A stretch of DNA of 64,000 nt. It comes from Octopus sinensis. Its lineage: Eukaryota. The position numbers and the translations under genes are program-made. Positions 28,898 through 41,951 of this stretch are shown one piece after another. Numbering within the stretch: position 1 is the first letter of the stretch; the number at the start of each line of letters is the position of its first letter. The stretch covers positions 148,552,001 through 148,616,000 of the forward strand of contig NC_042998.1 of assembly GCF_006345805.1 (NCBI RefSeq), written 5' to 3'. The notes below the pieces were generated by a model. It was not told the DNA's origin. It worked only from the letters and a program-made list of their open reading frames with translations, and did no database searches.

Positions 28898-31048
28898 ACC
28901 TTCCTTGCTAAAGGAAAGTTGATCATCACTGAACGCTCAGGAGATAGCTGCTGGATTCGCCTTACTCAAGACAGCAAGTCCTCAACACAAGCCCACAAGT
29001 CTCTGGTGCATTGACACTAAACAATTGCATAGAAGACGAATTCGTCACCCCTATCCTGCATGCACCTTGGGAAGGTTCGGCTGTTGGCGCTTCCATGCCT
29101 GAAGAGATTGCCTCGAACAGGTAATGTCCACCTGTAACATTGACATGCTAAAGATTTTAGAAATTGTCCATGATCTTCGACCTAGGCTAATAATGATGTT
29201 GCTGATGATGATGATATCTTAAGGTAAGTCTCACCTCTTGAGACACAGGAGAAAGCTTCGATAATTTCTTTTTACCTGCTTTTAAGTCAAGAAAAACGGA
29301 ATTAAGAACTACCCTAGTTCAGAGATAATAACACGAATGATGATGATGATGATGATAGTAACAATAACAACAACAACAAGAGCACACAGAGAACGCAAAC
29401 ACCAAAATTAGTGTCGACCAAACAAAAAATATCGTTTTTCAAAGAAATTTTGTAATCATATTGATATTATCGAAAGGAATATGATTCATAATCTAAATAA
29501 GGAAATTTGTGAACTTTGAATGTATAAGAGTATATAAACAATCGTAAAATAGTGTAAACAACTAAAATAAAAGTATATGTAAATAATATTTTTTCTTAAT
29601 ACTTTTTATGTAGTGGTCGAAGGAAGCTCTGGCTTTCATTAGGAGTGGTCCACATAACCATTCATGATATAGAAGCTGGGAGCCTATTTCAGTTTGGGAG
29701 TGAATCGTCATCACATGTCACTTAGTCGCAAACACATGTCATATAGCTGCAATATAATGCTGTAGCACTAACAATAATGTAATTTCTCAATGACATCACC
29801 CAGTAATCTATCAAGTCTATTTACACATTTCTCAATACATACTACTTCCCTCCTTCATTTTAGGTCTCCATCGTAGATGGGTAGATTTGCTAGTTGGACT
29901 AATTGGAAGAATGTTAACAAAATGAAGAATGTTCATAAACCAGCAACACAGACTCTACCGACGCCCAACTACCAAGCGATACTCAAAATTGAGATTTCCT
30001 TGATTCTTCAAGATTATGACAGCACGAAATAAAAGGCAAGTAAACGATTCTGAAGGAAAAAGTTCAGTAATTTAAGATTTGTGTCTAGCATAGTGAGTGA
30101 GCTGTGCAGAGTAGGAAATATGGGTCGTGTCTGTGATTTAGAGGTTTAATTAGCCGAGAGTCAGCTTCCAGAAAGTTCGTGGTGGTTTAGAATTAAGCGT
30201 CTCAGATTCGGTCGGACACTACAAGATGGCAGCTTGGTTACTATTGCTTGGTTCATGTATATGTATGTTTGAATCTGCGTATACATGTATACGTACACAC
30301 ACACACACACACACACACATACACACATCATTAACACACATATACAAATACCGTATGTCTGTGAATATACATGTATATATAATTGTAACTGTATAGTTGT
30401 GTATGTGTGTGAATATGAATGGAATAATATAATGCGTGTATAGGTAGTTGGGATGGATATGTGCACGTATATATTCCTGTGTATGTGTAAGTGTACATGT
30501 GTGTGTAACTATGTATGCATGTATATATATATATATATGTATATACGAATATACCAATGTGTGTATAAACGCATGTATCTTTTTGCACCAACGGACTGGT
30601 GAGAACAAGTGCGTGTATATATTGATAAGCATTCCAAGTACATCTCAGTTACGCTTTCACTATCCTCTTCCCTTTCTTATGTTACCTTTTCTTCCTCACA
30701 CCCACATCCTTTCTTTTTCCGGTTTCTCTCAAGCTACACTCTGTGTCTCTTCTATTTTTCTTGTCTTTTTTCCTTTGTATTCGCTCATGGTTATTTTTCT
30801 AACCGCTTCTCCCTTTGTTATATGAATCCATATGCATATATTTCATATACATGCTTAAATGCACTGAAACACGCGGCACACACAGAGACACATATACAAA
30901 ATATATAACTACATGCGTGTATCTGCGAGTATGCATGTGTGTGTGTGTACTTGTGTATTTGTATACATGGCTATATGTATGCGTATATATATATATAATA
31001 TATGGACATCTTATTTTTACAAATGAGCATATCTTATGATATATTTGT

Positions 31049-31113
<65 letters not shown>

Positions 31114-31204
31114 AAACAAGAAAATAGGATCGATTTATGTAAAGATGTATAATTCATATATATATATATGTATGTATGTATGTATACACACACAGAAAGA
31201 GAGA

Positions 31205-31256
<52 letters not shown>

Positions 31257-31377
31257 TGAAGAGAAGAGAGACAGATGATGAATAAAGAAATATAGCTAGA
31301 TAGATGAGTTATATTGAAAGATAGATAGATAGATTATATAGGTATAGTTTATATATCAAGTACGTATATATATATAT

Positions 31378-31410
<33 letters not shown>

Positions 31411-31638
31411 CTTTATTTTAAGCAGCAGAAAATTCAACAAAATCTGTTACTCTGAGTTCTCGTTGCCGTTCATCAGACAGTTTTTGCTCTAGCAAAAACT
31501 GTCTGATGAACGGCAACGAGAAACTCAGAGTAACAGATTTTGTTGAATTTTCTGCTGCTTAAAATAAAGCATATTACTCTACACTGGTATTTGAGTACTC
31601 TTTTTTCCACCTTGTTTCACATTTATGTGTTTACTCCG

Positions 31639-31639
<1 letters not shown>
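31411..31639 (+). mobile_element. hammerhead-bearing PLE-type short repeat with inverted 5' duplication
   Basis: Arms 31411-31488 and 31491-31569 are reverse complements with one indel; 31540-31638 is shared with 8622-8722, and 31508-31569 with 58940-59000; flanked by (TA)n. Confidence 0.85.
31492..31543 (+). ncRNA. type I hammerhead ribozyme motif
   Basis: Stem I GCAAAAACTGT/ACAGATTTTGT (10 of 11 pairs); core CUGAUGA 31503-31509; stem II A-CG-GCAA-CG-A; GAAA 31520-31523; stem III ACT-CAG-AGT; GUA cleavage triplet 31530-31532. Confidence 0.75.
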
Positions 31640-31679
<40 letters not shown>

Positions 31680-32293
31680 TCATTCGTACATATCTATCTA
31701 TATATCTATCTATACATACATACATACACATATACATACATATGCATACATACACATACATATATATATGTATATATGTATGTATGTATGTATATGCGCG
31801 TGTATGTGCGTGCGTACGTGTATAAAATGATGTTTGTGGATGTATATAATTGAGAAAGTTCACGAGAAAAAAAAGATAGAAACATAGAGGCAAACAGTGA
31901 GCTAGAAAGAAAGAGGGATAGAGGGAGGGGGATAGAGGGGATAGAGAGAAAGAGAAAGAAAGAGAAAGAAAGAGAGAGAGATAGAAAGAGGGAAAAGAAG
32001 AAGGAAGCGGGTCAGAATGAAGGATATCGAAGCTGTTAGAGTATATGAGTGAGGTGTGAGGATGTTTACTTAAGATTTACTTAAGCATTAATAAGGAAAA
32101 TAAATCGTGATATATTTCTGTACTGACCGATTTCTCGTGGGAAATGGGAAAAAATTCTCTGGGGTGGAATCAAGCGAAATGTACTGAAGCTGAGAATTGC
32201 TCAAGGCTACAATGAGCCGTTGTTTATAATTGATATCTATGGACGCAGATATGGATGTATATATAATGTATGTATGCATGTATGCATGCACCC

Positions 32294-32328
<35 letters not shown>

Positions 32329-32408
32329 TATATATGCATGTCTGTATGTGTGAATGTATATACGCATGTATATATGTATTTATATATATATATATATGTA
32401 TGTATATA

Positions 32409-32444
<36 letters not shown>

Positions 32445-32581
32445 TGTTTGTTTGTATGCTTGTGTGTGCATATGTATATATGTATAAATTAATGTTTGTA
32501 TTTATATGACTGTATGTACACATGTGTGCATATATGTACGTGCGTATGGGTATATGCATGTGTGTTCGAATGTGTGCGTGC

Positions 32582-32633
<52 letters not shown>

Positions 32634-32715
32634 CATATTTATATATGCATATATATGATATATATATATATAAATATGTGATATATATATGGACATGTAC
32701 ATATAAATGTATGCA

Positions 32716-32778
<63 letters not shown>

Positions 32779-33399
32779 TGTACACATGTAGATATAACTG
32801 TATATATCTGTGTATGCACGTTTGTGATTGTTTATCTGAGGAGGTATACTTTTATACAAGTATATGTATCTATACCTCAAGTTGCGACGCGAAAAAAGGA
32901 AAATGTAATCTTAAATGAAATTTTCATTCCAAATTGACGAGGAAAACAAAATCCTAACGGCATTTCCTGGAGTTTGTCATTGAAATGCATGATAATTTCA
33001 TAATAAATGGAATGTTAATCTCTCATGGTTTATTTATAAGCTTATAGAAACTCGGACTTTGTTTACAAACAAGAGAGGTAACTTGGGTCATATTTTTCCC
33101 TATTTGATCACTTCAGCCTAATGTAATCCATTCACATCTTTATCATCTGACAAGCGTTGTGATACATAGAAAAAGTGATAAATAATTTCTACAAAATAAT
33201 GGACAATTATTGTGAGGAGCTTTTTTTTTTAGCAACCTATCTATGTTGTGTCAAGGTAGAAATACATTTTGATCTAAGATTTCATAGTTTATCGATTTAT
33301 CGAGATTGAACAGCGATCTAGTGTTGTTATCAACTGTGCTGTAGACTCTAGTGACAAACTGACAGAATTGCTAAATTGTTGATACGCATGACATACAGT

Positions 33400-33530
33400 A
33401 TTAGTTCCGGCTCTTTATGTTCTGAGTTCAAATTCAGATGAGGCCAATTTCACCTTTTATCCCGTGAAGGTCGATGAATGAAAGAAATAACCAAGTACTA
33501 GGGTCAATGGTATCGACAAAGCCCTCCTCG
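33400..33530 (+). mobile_element. degenerate SINE (family of 3534-3770)
   Basis: TTATGTTCTGAGTTCAAATTCAGATGAGGCCAATTTCACCTTTTATCCC...GGTCGATG...AAGTACTAGGGTCAATG. Confidence 0.6.
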
Positions 33531-34299
33531 CTTGGAATTTTCTCTGTTAACGTCATATTTACTATTGATTTCATTCGATTACATAAAACATACAGTGAAA
33601 TTTTCCGTGGATGTATAATTGCACTCAGTTATGTTAGTAAATATCTAAACTGCAAATTGGAAAATCTAAAGTTACACCAACTAACACAAAGTTTATAGAT
33701 ATGTAGCAAGAATATTCATCTATCAGATCACTACACCCAATATTGCAATTCGATAGAATATTACCCAAGTGATAAAATTCTCTAACCACTAACGGTTTTG
33801 CGTGGAAATAGGCTCCAGCGACAATTTCAAATTTGGCGCACTCCCTTTTGACCTTAACCATCAGTATTAACTCGGCACACCTTGGCTACCTGAGAGCATT
33901 GGGAAAATGCATATAGAGAGCATTGATAGACACCATACGAGATGGCCAACAGAGAGAGCGAACAGCAGCTGACAACACAATGGCAATGAACATTCAAAGG
34001 ACGAAAGTCAATAGAAGTCAGTAGTACGGCAAGTAGATAACCACACTTTAACTGCTGCAACAACTACACCAAGAACAATAATATTCAAAACTCTCTCAAC
34101 GCTTTGCCATTCATAGTAACGAGAGTATTTGCTTTTTATGAATGAAAAATATAAAATTTTGTTTAGCAAAAATAACAATAAACTTCTGTATTCTTTATAA
34201 CAAATACAGTCTATAAGTATTTCATATACCCAGCCTATTCCCCATTTTTTTAGGAGTGGGTAGCCACAAGACACACACCAGGCATTCCATTTATTTCCC

Positions 34300-35000
34300 A
34301 GTTCAAAGAGGTGAGCTCCGTTCTATGCTCGGGTTAAGGCATAGAACGCAAACCCCAATATTAGCAGCAGGGCCCGACTGCATATGCTGGTTTACCTCTG
34401 CCGCATCATGTTGGCTCCCTATCCGTTTGGGCAACATCAAATTCACTCATCCGTCCATAAACAATTTCCAAGCTTTCCTATCATTTATAAACTCTCTTTC
34501 TTCTCTCACTTCAACATCTCTAACCACCAAAGCTTTCCTCACGCCATCCATCCATCCACACAAACCGAGGTCTGCCTCTGGTTCTGCTGCCTACCACTTC
34601 TGCCTTATTCACCCACCTTAATATCTGCTCCTCATCCATCCTCTCCATGTAGCCAAACCACCCCAACATTTGTCTATCCATTTTGGTTGTTAGTCTTTCT
34701 TTCATTCCTGCTCGCCTTTGCACCTCCTCATTCCTCATCCTGTCCATCTGTGTCACACCACCCATAGCCCTCAAACATCTCATCTCAAACACATCTAGCC
34801 GCTTCCTTTCGCACGCTCACTCACCAGCAATGCCACTCCCTCACGAGCCCTCCTATTCTCGATACTCGTCCATTCACATCACCAAACTAGTACGCTCCCT
34901 TACTTTTCGTCTTAGTCTCGCTCAGTGCATGCACATCCATCATTCTCCTCATAACACTTCCAATCTCTCTCCTCTTTACTTCAGTTGTACTACACCCACG
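34300..35000 (-). mobile_element. RTE-clade LINE 3' end (C-terminal ORF segment plus 3' UTR)
   Basis: ORF 34520-34792 FEMRCLRAMGGVTQMDRMRNEEVQRRAGMKERLTTKMDRQMLGWFGYMERMDEEQ...GSRTRGRPRFVWMD is the typical RTE C-terminus. Confidence 0.85.
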
Positions 35001-35589
35001 CACTTTCCATGACCCTAGTACTAGGATGAGATTAGGTGTTAACCTTCTCCCACCCCTCTTCTTTTTAGGAGGAGAGGATTCCCAGTCCCTTCTCTCTCGC
35101 CACTTTTAGTCGCCTCTTACACCACGTAGGAAATACGGTGACTGTATTCTACCGGTCTCCTCCCCAGTCGCAGTGAGGTTTTGCTAGTCAACCCATAGCT
35201 GGGACCCTTACAGATGCTACCACTACAGGCCAGAGTAGACCTGGGAATGAAAGTGGCTAAGAGGTTGTTCCACACTCCTTAAACCCTGATGCCAGGGCTC
35301 CAGGGTCCCACTACCGGATGTAGTTTACAGTCTATAAGTAGAACAGTAAAAAAAATGCAAGACTGTCTAAAAATCTGATATGTAACATTTATCGTTGTTG
35401 TTATCCTAAGTCTAGTGATGGCGATTTTGTCTCTTAGAATCTAGCTCCTTTTCTTGTGAGAAGAATTAAAATACATAGAAAAAGTAAATATTCATTCATT
35501 CCTTTATTCATACATAGATACATTTATACATATATACATATACACATACATATTTATATACATGGATACATCTATACACATTCCCTTAT

Positions 35590-35870
35590 ATGGAAGACTG
35601 TATAGATGCTGGTTGGAATACGGTACACTTTCCTGTAAAAGATGGATGTAGGGGTTTTATAGGAACCAGACGAGGACGGTGGCTCCTATCAATCGGTATC
35701 CCAAATCGACAAGTAAACACCATCTTAAAGGAAATCAAGGTGACAAGTGAGAGAGCCAGCCATTGGGTATGGCTGAAATGGAATGATGTAACTTGGCTGG
35801 AGAGGTGATGATCCCGAAATGAACTTGATTGAAGTCGAACATTAGTCAGTTGACCCAGTAGGTGGAGCCC
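35590..35870 (+). mobile_element. RLE-type non-LTR 3' end (HERO-like)
   Basis: EDCIDAGWNTVHFPVKDGCRGFIG...KEIKVTSERASHWVWLKWND matches the RLE C-terminal pattern GW....FPVEVGCRGF...AE.AS.W.WLKR; clade assignment from recall. Confidence 0.65.
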
Positions 35871-36303
35871 TAATATTAGTGAGTGTTGGTAGGATGGAGG
35901 TAGAGTGCGCTGTTAAGCTGTCGAGCGGATGGCCTCGAAACGACTTTGCACTTTCTATCCTGATGACTGCTGAAACTTTCTGGCATCCGGTCCGCCGAGT
36001 TTTCGACTGATTGCACTTGTTCTAGCAAGCCAATATACTTATATACATATACAGATTTATACATACATATATACATACATACATGCATGCATACATACAT
36101 AGATACATACACACATACATGCATACATACATACACACATACATACATACATATATACATACAAACATACATTCGTACAAATATGCAAATGCACAGGCAT
36201 ACACATACAGCCCCGAACACAAGTGTACAATCATACAAGACTCCTACAGACATGCACATTACATATGCATATATACACACACCACACACAGACACACACA
36301 CAC

Positions 36304-36340
<37 letters not shown>

Positions 36341-36348
36341 ATACATGC

Positions 36349-36405
<57 letters not shown>

Positions 36406-37181
36406 AATTATACATACATAGACACTACACTTTTATATTGTGGTTAGGATACAGGTTATTATTTTTTCAATTAATATATTCGAAGCAATTTGTATATCTT
36501 AATTAAACTTAATTATTATTTCTATATAGAATACACACACACATACATGCGCGCACACCCTCTACACGCACGCACGCACGCATGCTTCCACACTCACACA
36601 CATACACACACATGTATGTGAGTGCGTGTGTGTGTGTGTACATGTGCGCGTGTGTGTCAGTTTCTTTGCACATACGTATGTGTGTGTATGTGTTTGCGTG
36701 TATGGAACTGAATCTTTAACATTCTTTTTTTCTTTTTAGTTCTTTCATTTCTTCTTTCCTTTTCTTTCCACGTCCTCTCTCTACGCCCCTCTCTATCTAC
36801 TTCCATTTTCCCATCCTCTATATATCTTAGTCTCTCTATATTCAAATCTTTCCCTCTCATTTGTTTCCCATCTATCTTTGCTGTTTCGCTTCATTTTAGT
36901 TTCTAGTCACACATTTTCTTATCTCCCTTGCTTATCTCTCATTCCTCTCCATCCTCCCTCTTTATTAATCCTCTGCTTCTCTGTCTCTTTCTTCTCCACC
37001 ATTGTTTCTCTCTGTGCATATGTCTATCATGCTCTTCTTCTCTTCCACCTCCTCCACTCTGTGTCTTCTTTACTTTCTCTTTAACTCTTCTTGTTCCCTT
37101 CTGTAGGTTTATCTCATTTCCGTGTTCATTTTCATACACATTCCCACCTCCCCTCTCTGTTTCCCATCACGCATCTCTCCC

Positions 37182-37213
<32 letters not shown>

Positions 37214-37497
37214 TGTATGTATGTATGTATGTATGTATGTATGTATGTATGTATGTATGTATGTATGTGTGTGTGTATGTATGTATGTATGAATGTATGT
37301 ATGTATGAATGTATGTATGTATGCTTGTATGCATGTATGCATGTATGTAGGTTGGTAGGTATGTAGGCAAGTGTGCATGTATGCATGTCTTTGTGTAGAT
37401 ATGTATCTTTAGAAGCATTTATATATATACGTGCGTGTGTGTATATATATATATGTGTGTGTGTGTAGATGTATATGTATATACATACCTACACAGA

Positions 37498-37529
<32 letters not shown>

Positions 37530-38236
37530 CTATATATATATATATACATATATATATATGTATGTATATATCTATGTATGTATGTATATAAGTACATATA
37601 TATATATATATATAGACATGGGTACACACACACATACACATATATATGTATAGGCATGTGTATATACAGACATATATGAATACATATATACATATGTATA
37701 TCTATATGTGCACACACATATTTGCTTCTATATCTTTGATTTCACCTTCTTTCTCAATTGCCTATCTCAGCCTGTATATTTCTCCCTCTCTCTCTCTCTC
37801 TCTCTCCCTTGTCACTATATGTTTGTCATCCCTCATCTCTTGTCTCTGTTTCTTCTCCTATACCGAACATCTATCTCTCTGTTTCTCTCTCGCTCTCTCT
37901 TTGTCTCTCACAGAAAATCACCCCCCTCTCTGAAATCAGCAATTCCTTCTTACATAATGTCATTAACAACTCTCTTTTCACTTTTGTACTCTCTCTTTCT
38001 CACTCTTTCTTCACTCTCTTCACATCTATTCACATACACACACACATACATTTACATATATGCACATAACCTCCTACATGTTCATACACATAGAGACCTA
38101 CATGAATACACGCACAATGTCTCTATTGCGTGACTACCTCTCTTTACCTGTCACTCACAGCACGGTTGTCTCTTTCTCCGTACTCCTTCTTTCTTCTTGT
38201 TCGCCTACTGCTCTCTCTCCCTCTCTCTTTCTCTCT

Positions 38237-38273
<37 letters not shown>

Positions 38274-39415
38274 TCACTGTTTAATTTTCACCCTCTTCTC
38301 TCTGGGGTTTAATTAATTAAGAAACCAATATTAATTGGAATTACTTACACAATGCATCTAACACACCCTTACCCGATTCTTCCGCACAAAGACTTCACCA
38401 TAGAACCTCAATTACTCGACCAACCATTCATATTAGATAACAACTACATCTATATCACCTAATTATCTCCCCTGATTAATTTAGCTGACGAAAGCTGTTG
38501 CTGGCGATTCACACGCTGCCATCTTGCTTTGCGTTATTGATTTACTGTATATCATGTGTTACGTAGGTATGTAGCCTCGGGTCTTTAGTACCAGATATTT
38601 ATTTATTAGAAACGAGTTTAAAGTGATATGACGAGCAGATAAACCTTCATACTCAACAAATATTGGACGTTACAATCTTTCATGACCTCTTATGATGACC
38701 ACAAACCTGTAATAGTACATCATAACATCTAAATTTTTTATACATACCGAGATAATAGCTTTCGTTGTTTGTTGCAGATATACGTACAGCCATCTGATGT
38801 TCCATCCTTTAGCACCACTGCGCAGGAAAAATGGTAACTACAGTGTGTTTTACATATTGTAAAATTATTTTACTTCTAATTTTTTTTAATATCGCACCTT
38901 ACCTTAATGTACAGTGTAATACTACAAACTGAATGCATGTTAATACTCGCCCCATAATGTTTCGTGAATTTAATATTCAAATTAACAATGAAAGCCACGA
39001 TGACCTGAGTATGACATTAAAAATAACCCTTACTTTCTCCCACACTATCCGCTATGTATACATACATCTACGAATAAAGATCCCCTTCCTCTCGCATGAT
39101 ATACTGTACACTACTCAAAACTAACAACCTACTGCCCCCCCCCCTAGGAACACAATACTTATCCATTGTTCAGTGACAATATATAAGTAATAGTCAATCT
39201 GGAGGGCTCACACTAGCACATATAAAACACATATATATGTCTTTGCACGCTTACACATTTAGACATAAATCTAAGAAATATGCTTTCATAGATTAATGAA
39301 ATATATATACTATATGTATATATATGTTTATTCACATTCACGTGTACACAATCATCCACATGCAATTCTCACAAGTACTCCGACCCAATGGCTACAATAC
39401 ACTGCAATATACTAT

Positions 39416-39575
39416 ACTCTTTTACTCTTTACTCTTTTACTTGTTTCAGTCATTTGACTGCGGCCATGCTGGAGCACCGCCTTAAATCGAGCAACTCGAC
39501 CCCGGGACTTATTCTTTTGTAAGCCCAGTACTTATTCTATCGGTCTCTTTTGCCGAACCGCTAAGAAACGGGGAC
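39416..39575 (-). mobile_element. 5'-truncated SINE (family of 4095-4499)
   Basis: TTTACTTGTTTCAGTCATTTGACTGCGGCCATGCTGGAGCACCGCC...GCCGAACCGCTAAG is near-identical to 4100-4240. Confidence 0.85.
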
Positions 39576-39637
39576 TATCTATAATATCAATACGATATTC
39601 GATCAAAATGAGTATATATTTAGGAATGTATGCATGC

Positions 39638-39670
<33 letters not shown>

Positions 39671-39961
39671 TGTATGTATGTATGTATGTATGTATGTATG
39701 TATGTACGTGCGTATGTATTTATGTTTGTATGCACATTCGTGATTGCATATATATATTTTCCAGTCCAAATTTCCATGTAACCCACTACTCACCAATTGC
39801 AAAATTACGAAATAATATTTTATATTTTATCCCATATGCCTTTCTGCCATATGTTACCGCCCAGAATATCGTTTACAATCTCATTTGCCCTCAATCTATA
39901 CAAATTTATTCGCATGAAACCATTGTTATTGTATTAGCATCACTCTAATGCACACACACAC

Positions 39962-39995
<34 letters not shown>

Positions 39996-40099
39996 TTCTA
40001 ACCTTGAACTCTCAACCTTGAACTTGTTCGCATAAACTGTCCCGTTCGTTTTATTTTTATTTTCTCATATATTATCCCTTTTTTTTTACATTCATTTCA

Positions 40100-40388
40100 T
40101 ACTTTCCACGCGTCTCACGTTTGATCTTTGACTTCTGGCCGAAATCAGATCGCCATGTTGATTCGCTAGCCTCTGCACGCATTTTTTTCTCTCCTTCTTT
40201 CTGTGTTTCTTCTCTGTGTATCTTTCTGTTGAAGAGCGTAGGCTCGAAACGTTAAAGACTTGTTTTATTTATATTTCCTGAGCGCCATACTAATACAATT
40301 GTTTGTTTGTATTCCACCTGCCTTCGTCTTTTGTTTATTTCCGTAAACCTGCCTTCGTCTTTTGTCTATTTTCATAAAGCTTCCCGTT
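40100..40388 (+). mobile_element. solo 3' end (pLTR) of the Neptune-type element
   Basis: Near-identical to 55277-55529, including GAAGAGCGTAGGCTCGAAACGTT; internal tandem duplication of CCTGCCTTCGTCTTTTGT; ends in (TA)n. Confidence 0.9.
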
Positions 40389-40432
40389 ATATATATATAT
40401 ATATATTATATATACATATCTGTATATTCATA

Positions 40433-40495
<63 letters not shown>

Positions 40496-40499
40496 GTTA

Positions 40500-40554
<55 letters not shown>

Positions 40555-40555
40555 G

Positions 40556-40594
<39 letters not shown>

Positions 40595-40596
40595 GT

Positions 40597-40877
40597 TTTT
40601 ACGTATTTTTTTTTGTATTCATATTCGTGTAACATCGTCCGTTTTTCCGTCCTTGTTTTGTATACATTCGAAGCTTTCTTCTAAGGAATCTAATGCGCTT
40701 AGCTTAGTTTTTCCTTGGGCTGGCCAGATTGGAGCAATCTCAAGATTAATCAGCCGAAATTGTCAGGATGATCCGGTTCTTGACTCAAGATTGAAGGCTT
40801 CGAATGTCCTGTCCGTGTTTTTGTATCGTTTTCTAAATGTTTTGTGTTCTTGTCCCTGTTTGTATTTTTTCATACAT
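40597..40877 (+). mobile_element. about 280-bp dispersed repeat, copy 1 of a local pair
   Basis: Highly similar to 41359-41640; related to 24341-24600 (minus); lies between (ATT)n and (TA)n. Confidence 0.8.
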
Positions 40878-41300
40878 ATATACGCATATATATATATAGC
40901 GACGTACGTACCTTCTCTCTTATATGTAAATACACATTTCTCTAAACTCGGTACAACTCATCAACACTGTCTCTCTCCCCCCTCTCCTACATTTTTTTTT
41001 GCCTTTCTTCCTTTGCACTTCCCTTTGTCCCTGTCTCTTTTTCTCGCTCTCTCTTCTCTTCCTCCTTAATTCCTTGTTCCCCTTTTTCTCTCTGTTCTCC
41101 CTCTCCTTAATTCCTCTGTCCCTCTTTACCTCCCTCTTCTCTTCACACGTGACTGACTGACCGACTACTGACCTTTTGGGTCTGGCAGCCGTCGTGGTAA
41201 CACCAACATTTATTTTTCTCTGCCCCAAGGCACATTCCTAACACGCCAGCTGAGTTTAATTCGTCCTAGTCGAAAGACGCCTGTTTGTGATGTCCTGTTA

Positions 41301-41356
<56 letters not shown>

Positions 41357-41358
41357 GA

Positions 41359-41640
41359 TTTTACGTACTATTTTTGTATTCATATTCGTGTAACATCGTC
41401 CGTTTTCTGTCCTTGTTTTGTATACATTCGAAGCTTTCTTCCAAGGAATCTAATGCGCTTAGCTTAGTTTTTCCTTGGGGCTGGCCAGATTGGAGCAATA
41501 TCAAGATTAATCAGCCGAAATTGCGAGGATGATCCGGTTCTTGACTCAAGATTGAAGTCTTTGAATGTCCTGTCCGTGATTTTTGTATCGTCTTCTCAAT
41601 GTTTTGTGTTCTTGTACCTGTTTGTATTTTTTTAATACAT
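41359..41640 (+). mobile_element. about 280-bp dispersed repeat, copy 2 of a local pair
   Basis: As for 40597-40877; same (ATT)n/(TA)n context. Confidence 0.8.
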
Positions 41641-41657
41641 ACATATATATATATATG

Positions 41658-41700
<43 letters not shown>

Positions 41701-41834
41701 TTATTTATTTATATTAATAAATATAAATAAATACATTTAAGAGATAAATTGATGGATTTTTCTCTTACGAGGTTTTTCACGCTAACTACTTGATAAATTC
41801 TTATAAATATTTTATCCTAATTTTAAATTGTGTG

Positions 41835-41869
<35 letters not shown>

Positions 41870-41916
41870 GTGTATATATATATATACATACATACATACA
41901 TACATACATACATACA

Positions 41917-41951
<35 letters not shown>

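Noticed and set aside
29161-29223. Exon-like segment with a perfect AAG/GTAAGT donor
   Set aside because: All three frames contain stops and there is no other support; it could only be non-coding.
35100-35340. Sequences resembling recalled invertebrate repeat tails
   Set aside because: There is no second copy in the window to verify them; recall alone is insufficient.
35915-35980. Two hammerhead-like strings (CTGTCGAGCGGATGGCCTCGAAACGAC and CTGATGACTGCTGAAACTTTC)
   Set aside because: The first lacks U16.1 and an intact core. The second cannot form stem II and has no NUH triplet with a pairing stem I. At most these are decayed pLTR remnants.
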